Shown: in pieces, positions 25,426-39,022 of the stretch
Layout of the letters: the number at the start of each line of letters is the position of its first letter
How positions within the stretch are numbered: position 1 is the first letter of the stretch
Assembly: GCF_018977255.1 (NCBI RefSeq)
Contig: NW_024704743.1
Span: forward strand, 110,300,001 to 110,364,000
DNA length: 64,000 bases
Source: Callorhinchus milii
Lineage: Eukaryota
Direction: 5' to 3'
Program-made: the position numbers and the translations under genes
Notes under the pieces: generated by a model
Seen by the model: only the letters and a program-made list of their open reading frames with translations
Databases searched by the model: none
Told to the model about the DNA's origin: nothing

Positions 25426-27204
25426 TACATTTGGTAAAAATAATCTTTACATTTGGTACAGCACCTTTCACATGGGGGATGTCCCAAGTCTTTCATAGGA
25501 TATACTGTAGATGTTATTGAAAAAGAGGAGGGAGTTTCTCTTGGTGTCCTAACCAACAATCCTCTGGATAAATTAGCCATTGACTTCACAGCTCACCATG
25601 GGAGGTTGCTGTACTGAAATTGGCTATCTTGTTTGCCTGCAAAATACACAGTCACTACACATTACAGAAAACTCTAGAAAGCACTTTGAGATGTTTTTAT
25701 ATTATAGGCACTGCTGGAGGCAGCATATGCAAGGAGCATTAGTATTATCATCTTGCTGTGGGTTACAACCCTCAGATGCCTGCAATATTTAGTAATAGAT
25801 ACAATCTCAGTGAGTTTTGCAGATAGACAATCAAGCCAAGTGTAAATTATAGTCTTGCTGGAGTTTGTCCAGAATTACGAGCAGGCATTGCAACGCTGGG
25901 GGACTATCTGAGAGGCAAGTGTGTCTCCAGCACACAGCTAAATACATTATATAAATGGGGAGTGATGATATTCATGCAGAGTTATGCCACTCTTAACTCG
26001 CACACTCGAGGATAAAATATAGGTCAATGCCGTATAATTACTTTATATAGATTTAGAAAAGGAAGAGAAGCCAGGGAGTCTCTCAGCCCTCATTAGTTTG
26101 AGACTTAAGATCCATTAAAAGAAAAAGTTACATGGAATTTAGAATCCTCACCGCCAATTGGTCTAATACCTATCAAAACCACAGTGACTAGGAAACTGCT
26201 GCATATATCATACCTATTACACTGAGCTTGGCTCAGTACTAGGAATCTTGCCTTTGGCTCAGAAGCTTGTGGATTCAAACTCAATGTCAGGACTTGACCT
26301 CACAGTCCAGCCTGACCTTCCACTGCCATATCAAAGGAGCCTCTTCCCCATCGTCTGAATTTCCCTCTCTCGGATGAGAGTCACTGTGGGCTGGGATTCT
26401 TCCCACTCAGCTCTTGTTAACCCTGCAAACCAACGCACTAATCGGTAGACTGGCCAGGAAACAGGAAGCTAGCCAGTCAGTGTTCACAATGGTAAGATGC
26501 ATGGTTTTAAATGGTTAATTACCACTTTCCCTCGCACCCCACGCATACTCTGAGGAGATCTCCAAGCCTTGTCGTTCACCTACAAATACACAGTCACTAC
26601 ACATCACAAACGTGCTTTGAGACATTATAGGCATTATATCAAATGCAAGGATTAAAAACACAGAGCTTGAGACATGTAGATGCTACCTGGTGGGAGTGTT
26701 CCGACATAAGGCTCGAACAGACAACCTTCTGACTCAAAGACAAGAGTGCTGCCAGCTGAGCCAGGGTGATGTGTACATAATTGGCATTCTACTGCATCAA
26801 GATTGGCAATATCCCCACTGGAACTTCTGCCCAAGTCTTGGCTTGTAACAAAGTGCAATTTTGACTTAATGGCTTTCCTCTTTTCCTTTCAGTTTTGAAG
26901 CTGTCAAAAAAAATTATTTTCAGCACTGACAGCTAAACACAATAATGTCAGAATTCCCCCCACCTCCACGAACTGAGTCTTGATCCCTTTGTTAATCAAA
27001 TAACATGCATTTAGTTGCCAAAATGAACAAGGCGCTGAACTGACTGGTGTGCAATATTGGAAATACATCCCACAAATCACCCACGAAATGCAATCAGTCA
27101 CATCACTTAACAGTATATACTGAGTAGCAGCTTTGAAACATCTTGACAATTTGATAATAATAAGCCTTACATTTTCCAATGAAGAAAAGCCTTGAGATCA
27201 CAGT

Positions 27205-27543
27205 ATACACTGACACTCAACGCAGTGCTGAGCGAGTGTTGCATTGTTGGAAGTTCTGTTCTTCAAATGAGATGTCTCGACTTCTGATTCAGTGATTGCC
27301 AATGGCACTATTCAAAAAGAGAAGGGAATTTCTCCCAACATACTGGACAATAATCTCCCAGATTAGATTGATCATTCACTTTGTGACTTCATGGTTGTTT
27401 TGTGGGAGACTGCTGTGCGCATCAACAAAATACACAGTCCCTACACTTTACAGTAAATTCCTGTAAAAGCACTTTCAGACATCCTCCTGGTGTGAAAGGC
27501 ATTGAATCAAATGCAAGGATTATTATTATTATTATTATTAATC
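27205..27543 (+). mobile_element. Deu-domain SINE
   Basis: Deu core plus a GCAAGGATT(ATT)n tail. Confidence 0.7.
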
Positions 27544-28769
27544 CAATATACTCTACTATTTTCTCAGCAGCTAAAGTTATCAGACTCTTTCGATATGTTC
27601 CTTCTTAATTAACTGCCTTGGATTTTTTTCATTGACCTAATGCCAACTCTGGCATCCACTTTGCAAAGCATTCAACATTGTAGCAACACTCCTGTAATCA
27701 TGTATTTCCTATCAGCTTGAACACTCAAATACATGGACTTTCAATTCGCCTTACGTTTGCCAATTTAATTAGGTTTTGGAGGTTTATGGCTTTATAGATT
27801 GCCAGTCACGCAGAATCAGCTCAGAATTAATTCCCAACCACCAGGAGTAGTCAGTCCAGTGGGATTTTACTGTCACACCATAATCTTTGTTTATTTCTCA
27901 AAGTAATATGCCTTTTTGTTTTCTTTTGGGGGGACTGTAAGGATCATTGAAGAGTTCTGAGACATTAAAAAGGGACCGGCCCTGTAGTATTGGAGTTTTA
28001 TCATATAGGGAGCCCTATTTAGTGTAGTGAATAGAGCTGCAGTTTATGGTGCAACATCAAAAACAACAAAATCCCATTTGTATAACGCCTTTCATATCTC
28101 ACTGATTAAAATCCCAATTGGTACTGAGATTCCTGGGCTAAATCAAGGCTTTAAAGGGCTGTAAAGAGAGATTACATTTGCTCCAGTATTTCAGGAGGGA
28201 CAAACTAAGAAGGCTTCGTGCTCCTGGTCCCTCTACAGGACTCCTGATGGTTATACACCTGGCTGGATAACTTGAGTAAGGATAGATCAACAATCTGCAT
28301 TAGTATAGCACCTTTCACACAGGATAGCATCTCAGAGCGCTACAAATAGTTGAGCTCAGGCTCAAGCATTACAGTCTGCCCATGCTCACTGCTGAGGCAC
28401 ACATGAACATTGACCACTTGATTGGGGTATCACCAGACAATTTAAAAAAAGTAACGGTTGTTTAAAAATTAGTCATCTTGACTTAGGCTGATGAAAGGAA
28501 TAAGCTTGACCTGAACTATTGGGGAAAAAAAGAAAGACTTTTTAATTGAGTGATATCCAGTGATTTCTGTACCGTGACTGATCAGGCCTCTGAGACTACA
28601 GTATTTTCTCTTAAAATTTAAGTTTATGCAGAACTGTGGGGAAATTCTTACTTTTTTAAGAGCTGCAGGAAAACCGATTTCCAAATTAAGACGGAATTTA
28701 ACAACTATCTACAATTCTGCTCATCTTAGATTTTACTTTCAGATACTCTAGGTGTCATTTTACTTTCTA

Positions 28770-29020
28770 GGGCAGCAGAACAAGAGAGCACAGGTTCGTA
28801 GTTGCAAAGGGCAATTTGAGGACAGACACCAATAAGTATTTATTTATCCAGAGGGTAATTAATGACTGGAAGGAGATTACCAGGAAGGGTAGTTGTTGTC
28901 AGGGAGCTGGAACTCATTTATGAAATGTCTCGATGCTGTGATGGGAGGATAGGTAGGGTGGGTATTCTGAAATGGAGAGATCAGATTGATCAAAGGGCCT
29001 TCTTCATCTGAACCAACCTC
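28770..29020 (+). mobile_element. CR1-clade LINE 3' fragment
   Basis: SRTREHRF...RTDTNKYLFIQRVINDWK.LP, the CR1 ORF2 C-terminus. Confidence 0.75.
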
Positions 29021-29574
29021 GTGTACAATAATAATAATCCTTGCATTTGATATAGCACCTTATCATGTCGTCGAGCTGTCTCAAAGTGCTTCACAGGATA
29101 TACTGTAAAGTAATGTGCTTTTGTGTGTTTTGTGTGATCTTACAAAGAAAAGGCTTTCTCACAGGCGAAGACTAGATGGAATTTCAGACCTTGGGTGTTT
29201 GAAATGAGATGTTTGCCATTTCCCAGGGTTGAAATCTGCTCACCTGGATGAACGCAAATATGGAGACACAATGTTTCTTCTGAAAAGCATCAAAAAAGCT
29301 GAGGTAACAGTCTTATCCGATTTAATGTCACTTTCCGTGTGATTAAGGGAGAAAAAGATGACATTTAATATTTGACTTGTGAGGTCTTTTCAGAAATAAA
29401 TTCATCCAGGATAAACAAATGAGTGACCGTACAATATCTGACTACAGATAATACGTTCTCGGTGACTAGAGCCCCACATTTTTCGCAAATATGAAATAAC
29501 ACAAATTAAAAAAAAGTATAAAACAAATAATCATTATAAAACAAACACAGGAAGAAAGTTAAATACCAAGCTTC

Positions 29575-31190
29575 ACAATACATGATTCAAAGCGGCAATC
29601 CTACTTACCTCCCCCCAATGAGGATAGTCTCTAGTTGGTCGTTCGATATCGGACAAGCATGGGTTTGAGCCCTCACTGGTGGATGTTAGGTACAAGGAAC
29701 TGCCTGCGAGCTTCCCGGTGGGCAACACATCCCAGCATGAAATATGTGAGAGCATTGCCATGGTCTTCCTGTCCACAGCTCAGGCGCACATTAAGCGATA
29801 GTTCCACAAATTGGAGGTGTGGAGTTTAAGCAGCAGCAGCTTGCCTCTCTGCAGACCAGTCAAGGTGGATTCCAGGCACTAGCCTACCAACGTGTGTTCA
29901 CAAACTCGGACTCCAGGTAACGCCTTCCAGCAGCCGTTGCCACAAGCCTGAGAATTTCCTCATCAGCTATCTGATGGCAGCTGCCTTCAGCGTGGCGGGC
30001 GAACCTTTACACAATAGCTTGTGATTGCTAGCCACCTTGACGTTCTTGAGGTCCAAGCCCAATGCTTCGTACCACACTAGCTGCTCAATCCAGGTCCTCA
30101 TACGAGGATCCTTGGCAAATAGATGTGCCCACCATGAAGTCAACTCAGCCTCCAGGTTGCTTATCAACAGGTCAGTGTAGGCCAGAGCCTTCGCTGCCTG
30201 TAGCCACTTCCCATGTTAGCCACAAACCCGGCTCACTGCTTGATCCTGGACTGTGCAGATGGCTCGGAAGAAGCCTCTCCGCTGCACCCCGGGAGCTCAG
30301 ATCTATAAAGGAGGATTGTTCGAACAAAGGTTTTGTTTGCAAGAGCTTGATCTGCATTGGGATCCTGCTGTCCTTGAAGAGGGATGAACATGACCAGAGT
30401 GCCTTTCGCTTCTTCTCAGCATGGTTTTCAGGACAGTGTCCAGGCTGAAGTTAGTGTCCACCTCGGCCCCAAGGTACCGATAAGAGTCGAATTGGGACTG
30501 ATGCCCCTTGTATCTTTCAATCAATCCCTTGTTGCCTTCCTTTGGGCCGTGCTTAACCATGATTCCGCACTTGGGGGCATCTATCACCATGTCCCACCGG
30601 TTGGCCCAGTGTTCAAGATGATGGGTCCAGCGCAGAAGATACCCAGGTGAGTCCACCAGCAGTACAATATCATCTACAAACAGAAGCGTTGCAATCCTGT
30701 CAGAGAAACCTGGAACAGATACACAAAGTCCTTCTCCCTTGAGGCCAAACAACATGTCGTTGATGAACACATTGAACAGGGTGGATGACAATGGGCAGCC
30801 TTGCCTTAACCCCCTTTCCAGATGGATGGGCTCAGTAAGTCCACTATCGACCCCTTACACAGATCTTGGAGCTGGAGTGCACATTCAAGATAAAATCCAG
30901 GATTCAGCCATGTACTCCCATGGCTTCCAGTTTCATCATGAGGGCCTCATGAGGCACCAGGTCGAAAGCCTTGCAAAAGTCGATGAATGCAATGTAGGTG
31001 GGTTTGCCCTCAACCTTATGACATTCTGCAATCTCAGACAGAGCCACAACCTGTCCTACATATTCCTCAAGAGAACGGAAGCCAGCTCTTCCAGCCTCCT
31101 TGCAGATGGGTCTCTGCCATGGCTTGTTGTGTCAGATGCCAACTCCACATAATGTTCCCTCCAGATCCCAAGGATTACCTTCAGCTTCAT
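29575..31190 (-). pseudogene. Decayed non-LTR retrotransposon RT of a clade other than L2/CR1 (RTE/RTEX-like)
   Basis: AGFRSLEEYVGQV, YIAFIDFCKAFDLVPHEAL, RGLRQGCPLSSTLFNVFIND, LLFVDDIVLL, WANRWDM, KCGIM, YRYLG, and a decayed C-terminal knuckle (SCGQED...FMLGC), with stops and frameshifts. Confidence 0.88.
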
Positions 31191-31669
31191 GCCATGCTTG
31201 ACTGTAAGTTGATGTCGCTATATCAAATGCAAAGAATTATTATCAAAAAGGTGTGGCTGCTGCCGTGAGTGCTTAGTGATGTGCTTGACCTCCACTGCTT
31301 CTTTCCCATCAGCAAAGGGAAAGCACAGAACGTAACATTTCCCAGAAACAGCTCAACCTCGATCTTACTAAAAAATCAATACATTCATCAGGACATCAAC
31401 ATTAAGCGCACAGACAACACAGATAGTTGCCCATAAACCTAAAATGCTTCATTGTAACTTCAGAAAGATTTAATCCCACGATGGGGTTTAAGCTCCCAGT
31501 GCAGTGCTAGGTGAGATCCTAAACCAAGTCCCATCTCTGTCTAATCTTCACAAGGTCATTAAAAATCCCATGTTAGCATTGGAAAGGAGGGGGACATTTA
31601 TCCCAGTGTCCTAGCTTCACGTTCACCTACAAAACTCACAGTCACTGCACTTCATAGCAAATCCTGTTT

Positions 31670-31818
31670 AAGGGGGATTAAGGGATATGGGGATAGGGCG
31701 GGTAAATGGAATTGGGTTAGAAGATCATCCATGATCTTATTAAATGGCAGGGCAGGCTCAAGGGGCTGAATGACCTACTCCTGCTCCTACGTCTTATGGT
31801 TTTACGGTCTTATGGTCT
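31670..31818 (+). mobile_element. CR1 3' tail
   Basis: GATTAAGGGATATGGGG...ATGGCAGGGCAGGCTCAAGGGGCTGAATGACCTACTCCTGCTCC followed by (TCTTATGG)-like repeats. Confidence 0.8.
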
Positions 31819-33124
31819 GTGAAGTACCTTGAGATGTTGCAATGATGTGATTAGACACTATACTAAAGCAAGGATTATTATTATCATATAACTCTTTTCC
31901 AAAATGTCTTCACTGCATTTCCTCGTTCGCTGCCTTCAAAATTCCAGCCCGGTGTCCCTGCAATCCATTACATCCTTCAAGGTGAGGGCTTCAGTCATCT
32001 TTATCCTCGTCCACCCAACCCTTCCCCCCATCCCATGACCCTTGGCTTCCCACCCCCAGCTCAGGTGCCTCCGGAAGCGAAAGGCACTTATATATACTTG
32101 CATTGTACTAAACCAGTGGTTAGGAATCTCACCGGGTTCCGCCATTGTTAAGCGATCTGAGACGCCGTGTGGCATGAAGGGTGCTATACAAATGCAAGTT
32201 GTTGTTGTTGCTGTTGTTGACGTAGATTTACTCTGTTAAAAGAAAATTTCAGAGTCCAGAATTTGTTAAATTCTTAAAACGCAGCCTTAAATTTTAAAGC
32301 CGTTTTGATGTTTTAACAGTTTTAACATTGAAGCATGTTTTGTGTAGTTCTTTCAAGAACTACAGAACTTCAGGCTTCTGTGTTAACACTGAATTCAACC
32401 ATTTGTCAACTTCTGTACTCTCTGAAAAGTTATGTTTAGAGAGTAAATCTAGATATAGGTGACATTTCCACCCAATCTTCTTTTTAAGTGCATTGTCCGA
32501 CATGAAAGACCCTATAGAAGTACAAATTGGATTGTTTAGAGAATCATGTTGTACCTTTGTCATACAAGAATAAAGTTTTCTTGAAATTGGTGCCCCTTTA
32601 AATAATGCTGAAAATTAAAGTATTGTTATTGTGTCCAATGCCTGCCTGTCTGCCCGACCTGCCAAGTAACATTTCCTGTCAGTATCACCCTCTGAATAAA
32701 TACGATAAAAACAGCTTGCATTCATACAGCGCCTTCCAAGTCAAGCGATAGTCTTGGAGAGCTTTACCAAGTCAAATTGTCTACAAATGAAAGCCAGTAT
32801 TATTATTCCCCCGAAACACAGCAGCTCATCTGTGCCAGTAACAAACAACAATGTGCTAAGCAGCCAATTACAACAACAATATGTATTTAGCACTAGGGTT
32901 TTAAAGCACTGTCTGGTTTTGGACCGGAAAGTCTGGTTTTAAAGAAATTTGTACAGTGTCTGGTCACCTCCCTCGCTCTTTCCTGCCCTCCCACCCCAAA
33001 AAAAACTCGTATGGCAAAGCCACAACACAATTCTCTAAATGATCCACAGCAAGTTGCATTTCTATTGGGCCTTTCATGTCAGATGATGCACTTAAAGAGA
33101 AGATTGGCTGGAAATCTCATCTAG

Positions 33125-33505
33125 ATAATAATAATAATAATAATAAAAATCCCTGTATTTGATATAATGCCTTATCACGCCTTTGAGACGCCTCAAAGCG
33201 CTTCACAGAATATGCTGTAAAGTGAATTGAATGTATATTTTATGGGCAAAACGCGGCAGACAGTTGCGCACAGCAGCGTCCCACAAACAATTGTGGATTG
33301 AGTGACCAATTTTTTATTATTATTTATAATTTTTTTTAAGGGAAGCGATCCCCCAATTGACTAACAACTGTATTCCTACTTACTGTTAGGTAAACAGAGG
33401 CGTGTGGAGTAAGGAAACTTGCCCATTGTTTCGCCCTTCCGGGAATCGAACCCAGGTCTCTCGCTTGCAAGGCGAGTGCTCTAACCCCTGAGCCAGAGGA
33501 CTCCA
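33125..33505 (-). mobile_element. SINE family B, long variant, full length
   Basis: tRNA-like head with B box GGTTCGATTCC, a middle CTGTTTACCTAACAGTAAGTAGGAA, a Deu-like 3' body and (ATT)n. Confidence 0.88.
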
Positions 33506-33646
33506 GGTGTAGATCTAGATTTACTCTCAGTGTATGTAAAGAAGGACACAGCCCAGTCGCTTACCAGTTGGAAATCAGTTACTCCTTTCTAGCATCAGCA
33601 GAGAACAGCCCCAAAGCTGGAGGAGAGCAGCGGAGAGGCACAATAG

Positions 33647-33807
33647 GGAGGAGGAGGAGGAGGAGGAGGAGGAGGGGTGGGCTGTGATTGAGGAGGGATA
33701 CTATTTCTCTCTCTCTTTTCTCACCTCTTTTTCTCTTTCACTTTTCTCTAGCTCTCTTTCTGCACTCACTTCTCTTTTCTCTAGCTCTTTTCTCTCTTGC
33801 TTTCTTT

Positions 33808-33840
<33 letters not shown>
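33647..33840. repeat. (GGA)n and (CT)n simple repeats
   Basis: Seen directly. Confidence 0.9.
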
Positions 33841-33843
<3 letters not shown>

Positions 33844-35747
33844 TTTGATGATAGTCAGCCCCTGGCATGCACATATCTTCAGCTGGAATTAGATGTAGGA
33901 CAGCCTTTCAGATAATCCGCTGACTCAATTCATAATGGACCCAAAGCACAGGCCCAGAAATGTCACAGCTTCAGCAAAGCACATGTACATCAATTAAATG
34001 TCTACCAGACTTAGCCACTAGACAGATAAATTCCAAATAGTATCCAACTGGTTAATATTTATCACAAGCGGCACATATATAGTTCCCTTGGTGACTCAGG
34101 TATTGCCGTTGTGTGGAACTTAGCCGCATAGGCCCAGAGTCTTTCCATAGAACCACAGAAATTTATAGCACAGAAGAAGCCCATTCAGACCCTAAGCCCT
34201 GTGCTTGCTCTTTGAAAGCATGATTCATTCAGTTCCGTTTACCTGCCTTTCCCCTCCACCCTCCATACCCAACCACAACAACAAATTGTATTTACATAGT
34301 GCCTTTCACGTCGGGAGGATATCCCAAGGCACTGAATAGTCAAGGGTTTGCACCCGAGCTGGAGGTTGGAATCAAAAGACATGGAGGGCAAGAGAGCTGG
34401 GAGTGGGAGGATGATCAATGACGTGGTAACCAAGGAAGCTGTTGAGACAGGCTCTGAAGACAGCAAGCAAGGGGGTGAGGCAAAGGAATTCTGGAGGATA
34501 ATAATAATAATTATTGCATTCGATATAGAGCCTTATCACATTTTCAAGACTTCTTAAAGCGCTTCGCAGAATACTCTGTAAAGTGAATTGACTGTATATT
34601 TTGTGGGCGAAACGCAGCAGCCAGCAGAAACGCTGAAGGCCCGACTGCTGCTGGTTGGGCAGGCAGGGCAGGGGACATGTGCCCTCTAATACCCTTTCTC
34701 TTCATGTGCTTTTCCAATTCTTTTTAGAATCCCCCCTTATTGACTCTCCTCTAATAGGTCACCCCTGGCAAATGGGAGCAGGGATTCTTCCTACTCAGCC
34801 CCTGTTAATGCTGCAAGCCAAAGCCCTAATGGGTAAGATGGTCCTAACTGGAAAGCAGTGAGAAAATTGCCGGACATTGCTCTCGATGACGAGCTATGTG
34901 GGAATTTCCATGTACCAGTGGCATGTATGGACCTCTCCATCTGGTTTGGATACTCTTAAGCATAGTGATGGGTTTCCACATATGTCATACATCTGACTGA
35001 TCAAAACAAAATGGCAAATCATCTCATACCCTGACAGCCCTCTGGGAGAAGTTTTCCTGAACTTCTTATTTTACTCCCTTGGTCACCATCACGCACACAG
35101 ACCCACAAACAAAAAGACACACACAAACACACAGAAACGGACAGACACATAGACCCACACATGGACAGATACACCCACAGATCCCACACACAGATACACA
35201 CACAGACCTCACATAGACACATGGAATCTATACTTGAGGAGCAGTAGAAAGACCATTGGGGTTTTTATTCTTTCTATACTTGCTGTTGGTGTTTGTTTGG
35301 TATACAATACAATTACAGTACAGTTTACATTTATACAGCTCCTTTCACATCAGGGCTTGACACTGCTTGTTGGGCAGCCAAGTAGTGGGAACCGAGGAGA
35401 GGGGAGGAGAAGAAAGATGACCAAAAGCATGATCAAAGAGATGAGTCTTCTGACAGGTCTTGAACGAGGGGAGGGAGGAAGGGAGCGAGAGAGTTGGAGG
35501 GGCTCAGGGATGCAGTTGCAGAGACAAACAAAAGACTTGTTTGAATTCTACTTGATGGTGAAAAACTGGCCTTCCTTTAAAGAAAGACAGTGATCACTCA
35601 ATTCTCACAGGCATCAACAAATTATCAGGGCCATATGTGGGGGGGAAGGGGGAGAAAGGGAACAGAATTAAAGCTTTAGTTACTGTATATTTTTAACGAT
35701 TTATTAAGTAAAGATCCGTAATGGATCTTTAATTAATAAGTAAACGG

Positions 35748-36012
35748 ATGGAACTCCATCCCGCAGTGCCTTCGCCTTGCTTCCTCCCTTTCCTCCTTCA
35801 AGGCCGGTCTCAAGACCTTTCTCTTTGACCGTGCCTTCAGCTCCCCTCTCGACTCTCTACACCCTCCTCGCTCCCTCCCTTCCCTTCCCTCACCCTGACC
35901 ATTTCCCTCTTGCTCGGGTCATGACCCAACTGTACAGCGCCTTGGGACGTCCTCCCGACATGAAAGGCGCTCTATAAATGGAATCTTGTTGTTGTTGTTG
36001 TTGTTGTTGTTG
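35748..36012 (+). mobile_element. Young L2 3' end (~265 bp)
   Basis: Nearly identical to the reverse complement of 2476-2775, with a (TTG)n tail. Confidence 0.93.
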
Positions 36013-36654
36013 TTATAGATTGACTGGAAAGAAAAGCTTGTGGTCGTCTCGATGGAAGTATTGTACTTTGCAGTTGCCAAGTTAAAAAAAAAGCACTGCC
36101 CGATCCTCAAACTCCTGCCTTGTTAGGAATTTTCATCTTGCAAGTCAGAAAAAATATATAATTTATGTCCACCTGATGTTTTGACAGGCCTGCTTGAAAA
36201 AAAACAGCATGATATTTTCACTTTCTGTGCTGAGCAGTGCAGATTTGCCTCCTTTTTAATATTAAAACTTCTTTTCACATTTTGAACAGCACCATGCACC
36301 ATGTTCATAAATAGTATGAATATTCAAAACATCTGTTCTTGCAATCAGGTTTTTTGAGGGGAATTGGAGGCTGAGGAATGGAGGCAAAAGCAACCTGATA
36401 AAAATATTAATTTGAAAATCACAATGTGACATGACAAATTAGGGGTTCGCAGACAAGACATTTCTGCTGGAAGTAGATGAGGCAGGATTTATATATTTAC
36501 AGATGTAGAGATTGTGTGAAATTTTGTTCTTTTTTTGGCAGCCAAATTACTTTTTCCCCTCCCTTATCAAATCATTATCCCGACATTTGCAAACAAAAAT
36601 TGCTCTAAGGTTTCGAAGGCTGTTCCCATTTGTGCTAGGTTAATACATAACAAT

Positions 36655-37090
36655 TATAATCCTTGCATTCAATATAGAGTGTTTCACATCTGTATGCACT
36701 TCAAAACTTATAATTTTATCCAATAAATCAATTTTGCTGTAAGGTGGAGTGCCTGCATCTTGTCAGCAAACACAGTAGTCAGCTTGTGCCCGGCAATGTC
36801 CCTCAAATAGCCATGAAGTGAAATTAAGAGTTTTATTAGGGGGATTAGTAGCCAGGACACCTGAAAAAAATCCCTTCCCTTTTCAAATAGTGCCATGGGA
36901 TCTTTAATGACAACCTGAACAGGCAGATGGGACCTTGGTTTAACATCTCATCCAAAGTATGGCACCTCTGACAATACAGCACACCCCCAGCACTGCACTG
37001 GAGCATCAGCCTGGACTGTAAATTCAAAGCCCTGATGTGGGGCTTGAAACCACAACCTTCTGACTCATAGGCCAGAGTGTTACTAATTGG
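36655..37090 (-). mobile_element. Deu-domain SINE, near full length
   Basis: Head (GAGTCAGAAGGTTGTGGTTTCAAGCCCC), Deu core and tail. Confidence 0.82.
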
Positions 37091-39022
37091 CACGATTTCA
37101 AATTTGTGGGTTGTTATCATTATTAATCGAGCCAAGCTGAATTCTGAGTCCTGAAGCTGAAATAAACCTCAGGAAATTCAGTCGGTGTATTTTTGGAAGT
37201 CGGAATAATGGACACAATTGCAAACAATCAAAGAATTGTGCCTGGGATCTTGAGAAACCATGGCAACCATTGGCTGACTTTTCCAACCACTGAATGCAGC
37301 CTGACAGACACAAACTAATAGCCAGAGAATTGCTTGCATGTCATGTAACGCAATATTTATTATTCTGTGTTTCCTGCAGTGCCATCAGGTCAACTCAGTC
37401 ACACAGAATGTACAGCTGGGGAGGAGACCCTTTGCCCCACGCATGGAAATTCCCACAAACAGCCACAAAGCGAATGATCATTTTCACCTGGGTGGGAATC
37501 ATTGGCCAGGACGAAGCTCACATCTCTTTTCCAGTGGTGTCTTGGGAATTTTATAATGAAGGTTCCCCTGAACAGGCAGACGTGACTTCAACTGGAAGGA
37601 TTATTATCATTATTTATTATTAGAATTCTGCACCATCTTAAATTCTGAGACAAAGCGTTCTCACAAGGCAACTTCACAAGCAAACCAGGATGCCTGCAAA
37701 AGTTTCTAAGTTATTTTTCCTTCTCTCTCTCTCTCTCCACCAAAGATTTATAATAATAATAATCCTTGCAGTTAATTACTATGAGATCAGGGGACAGTCA
37801 GAGAACTTTAGCTGCTGGGTAAAAGAGTACAAAGTGATGGTATCTTGACTTAATAATAATCCTTGTGGTTGTTACAGTGTCTTTCACATGGGGAGTATGT
37901 TCATCCCCTGTGGAATATAGTGGTTGTGCACTGCGTAGGCAAAATTGATGAATTGTGCCAAGATTGATGTGTCACTCATCCTCTTACTAGCCAATCATGG
38001 AGGCATCAGGTGACAGGCTTCTTCGGCTCCGAGTCAGTGGTCGAGCCACGGGCCAGTGCCAGGGGAAGATGAATGGTCAAGGTAATGTGATGGGAAGGCA
38101 CCCAAGCCCTTTTCTCTCCATCCTTGGCTTGAGGAAAACCATGCATCTCAATGAACTGTGATCCATCTCCACTGCCTCATCCAACGCCACGGGGGCAGAG
38201 CAGTACTGTTGTGGGAGGTTGATAGTGATTAATAGCTACAATTGAAATCGAGCAATAAGGCAGCAAGGCATGAAATGATTAGAGAACAACTCTGAGACGT
38301 GTCAAGACTAGTCGAGGGCAGACAGGTGAGGTGGTGGTGGTGGGAGAGGGTTCAATAGATGGGGGTGAAGGGAGGGGAGTCAGTGGGATGGTGAAAACTT
38401 TTACCAACAACCCCCAGCCCCACTCATCTCTTTCCCTCTCCCCCTCCCCACACCTACCAGCATAGCTGCAGAAGCTTAGGCTCCAAAAGGTGTACAAAAA
38501 AGTCTGTTAAATTTATTTCATTGTCGCACGCTGGAATAATGCAACAGGAACAAATGGCCCGGACCTAGAGAAATAACTGAAATTAATGAACCAAGCATCA
38601 AGGTTCTCTCTCTCTCTCTCGGTGTGATTTCCTCCTGATATTCCTGGGTGCTCATGCAAAGTTGAAAAACATGTTGAATTAGTTACCTCCAAAAGACTCC
38701 TGCTTTGCCAGCTGCCCCAGGCTATGTGAAAAGAATGGAAATGAGGAGGCAGTATTTCATGAAAACAAAAGCGTCAGGGCAGCACGGGGAAGAGTTAAGC
38801 GGGAGTTAAGAGGAAACTTTATCTTTTTCGTTAATTTAATTAAGCGCACCCACTTATCTTCCTCCCTGCCTCTCCACTCCTGGCCCGTCCTCCTCTCATT
38901 CGGGTACGGTTCCATGGGCTATTGTTGCATAGGAACATAGGAGCAGCAGTAGGCCATTCAGTTCATCGAGCCTGTTCTGCCATTCTATTAGATCATGACT
39001 AATCTGTATCTCAATTCCAAAT

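Noticed and set aside
33430..33505. tRNA-Ala-like gene
   Set aside because: It is the head of a SINE followed by the SINE body. Copies vary in anticodon and lack G3:U70.
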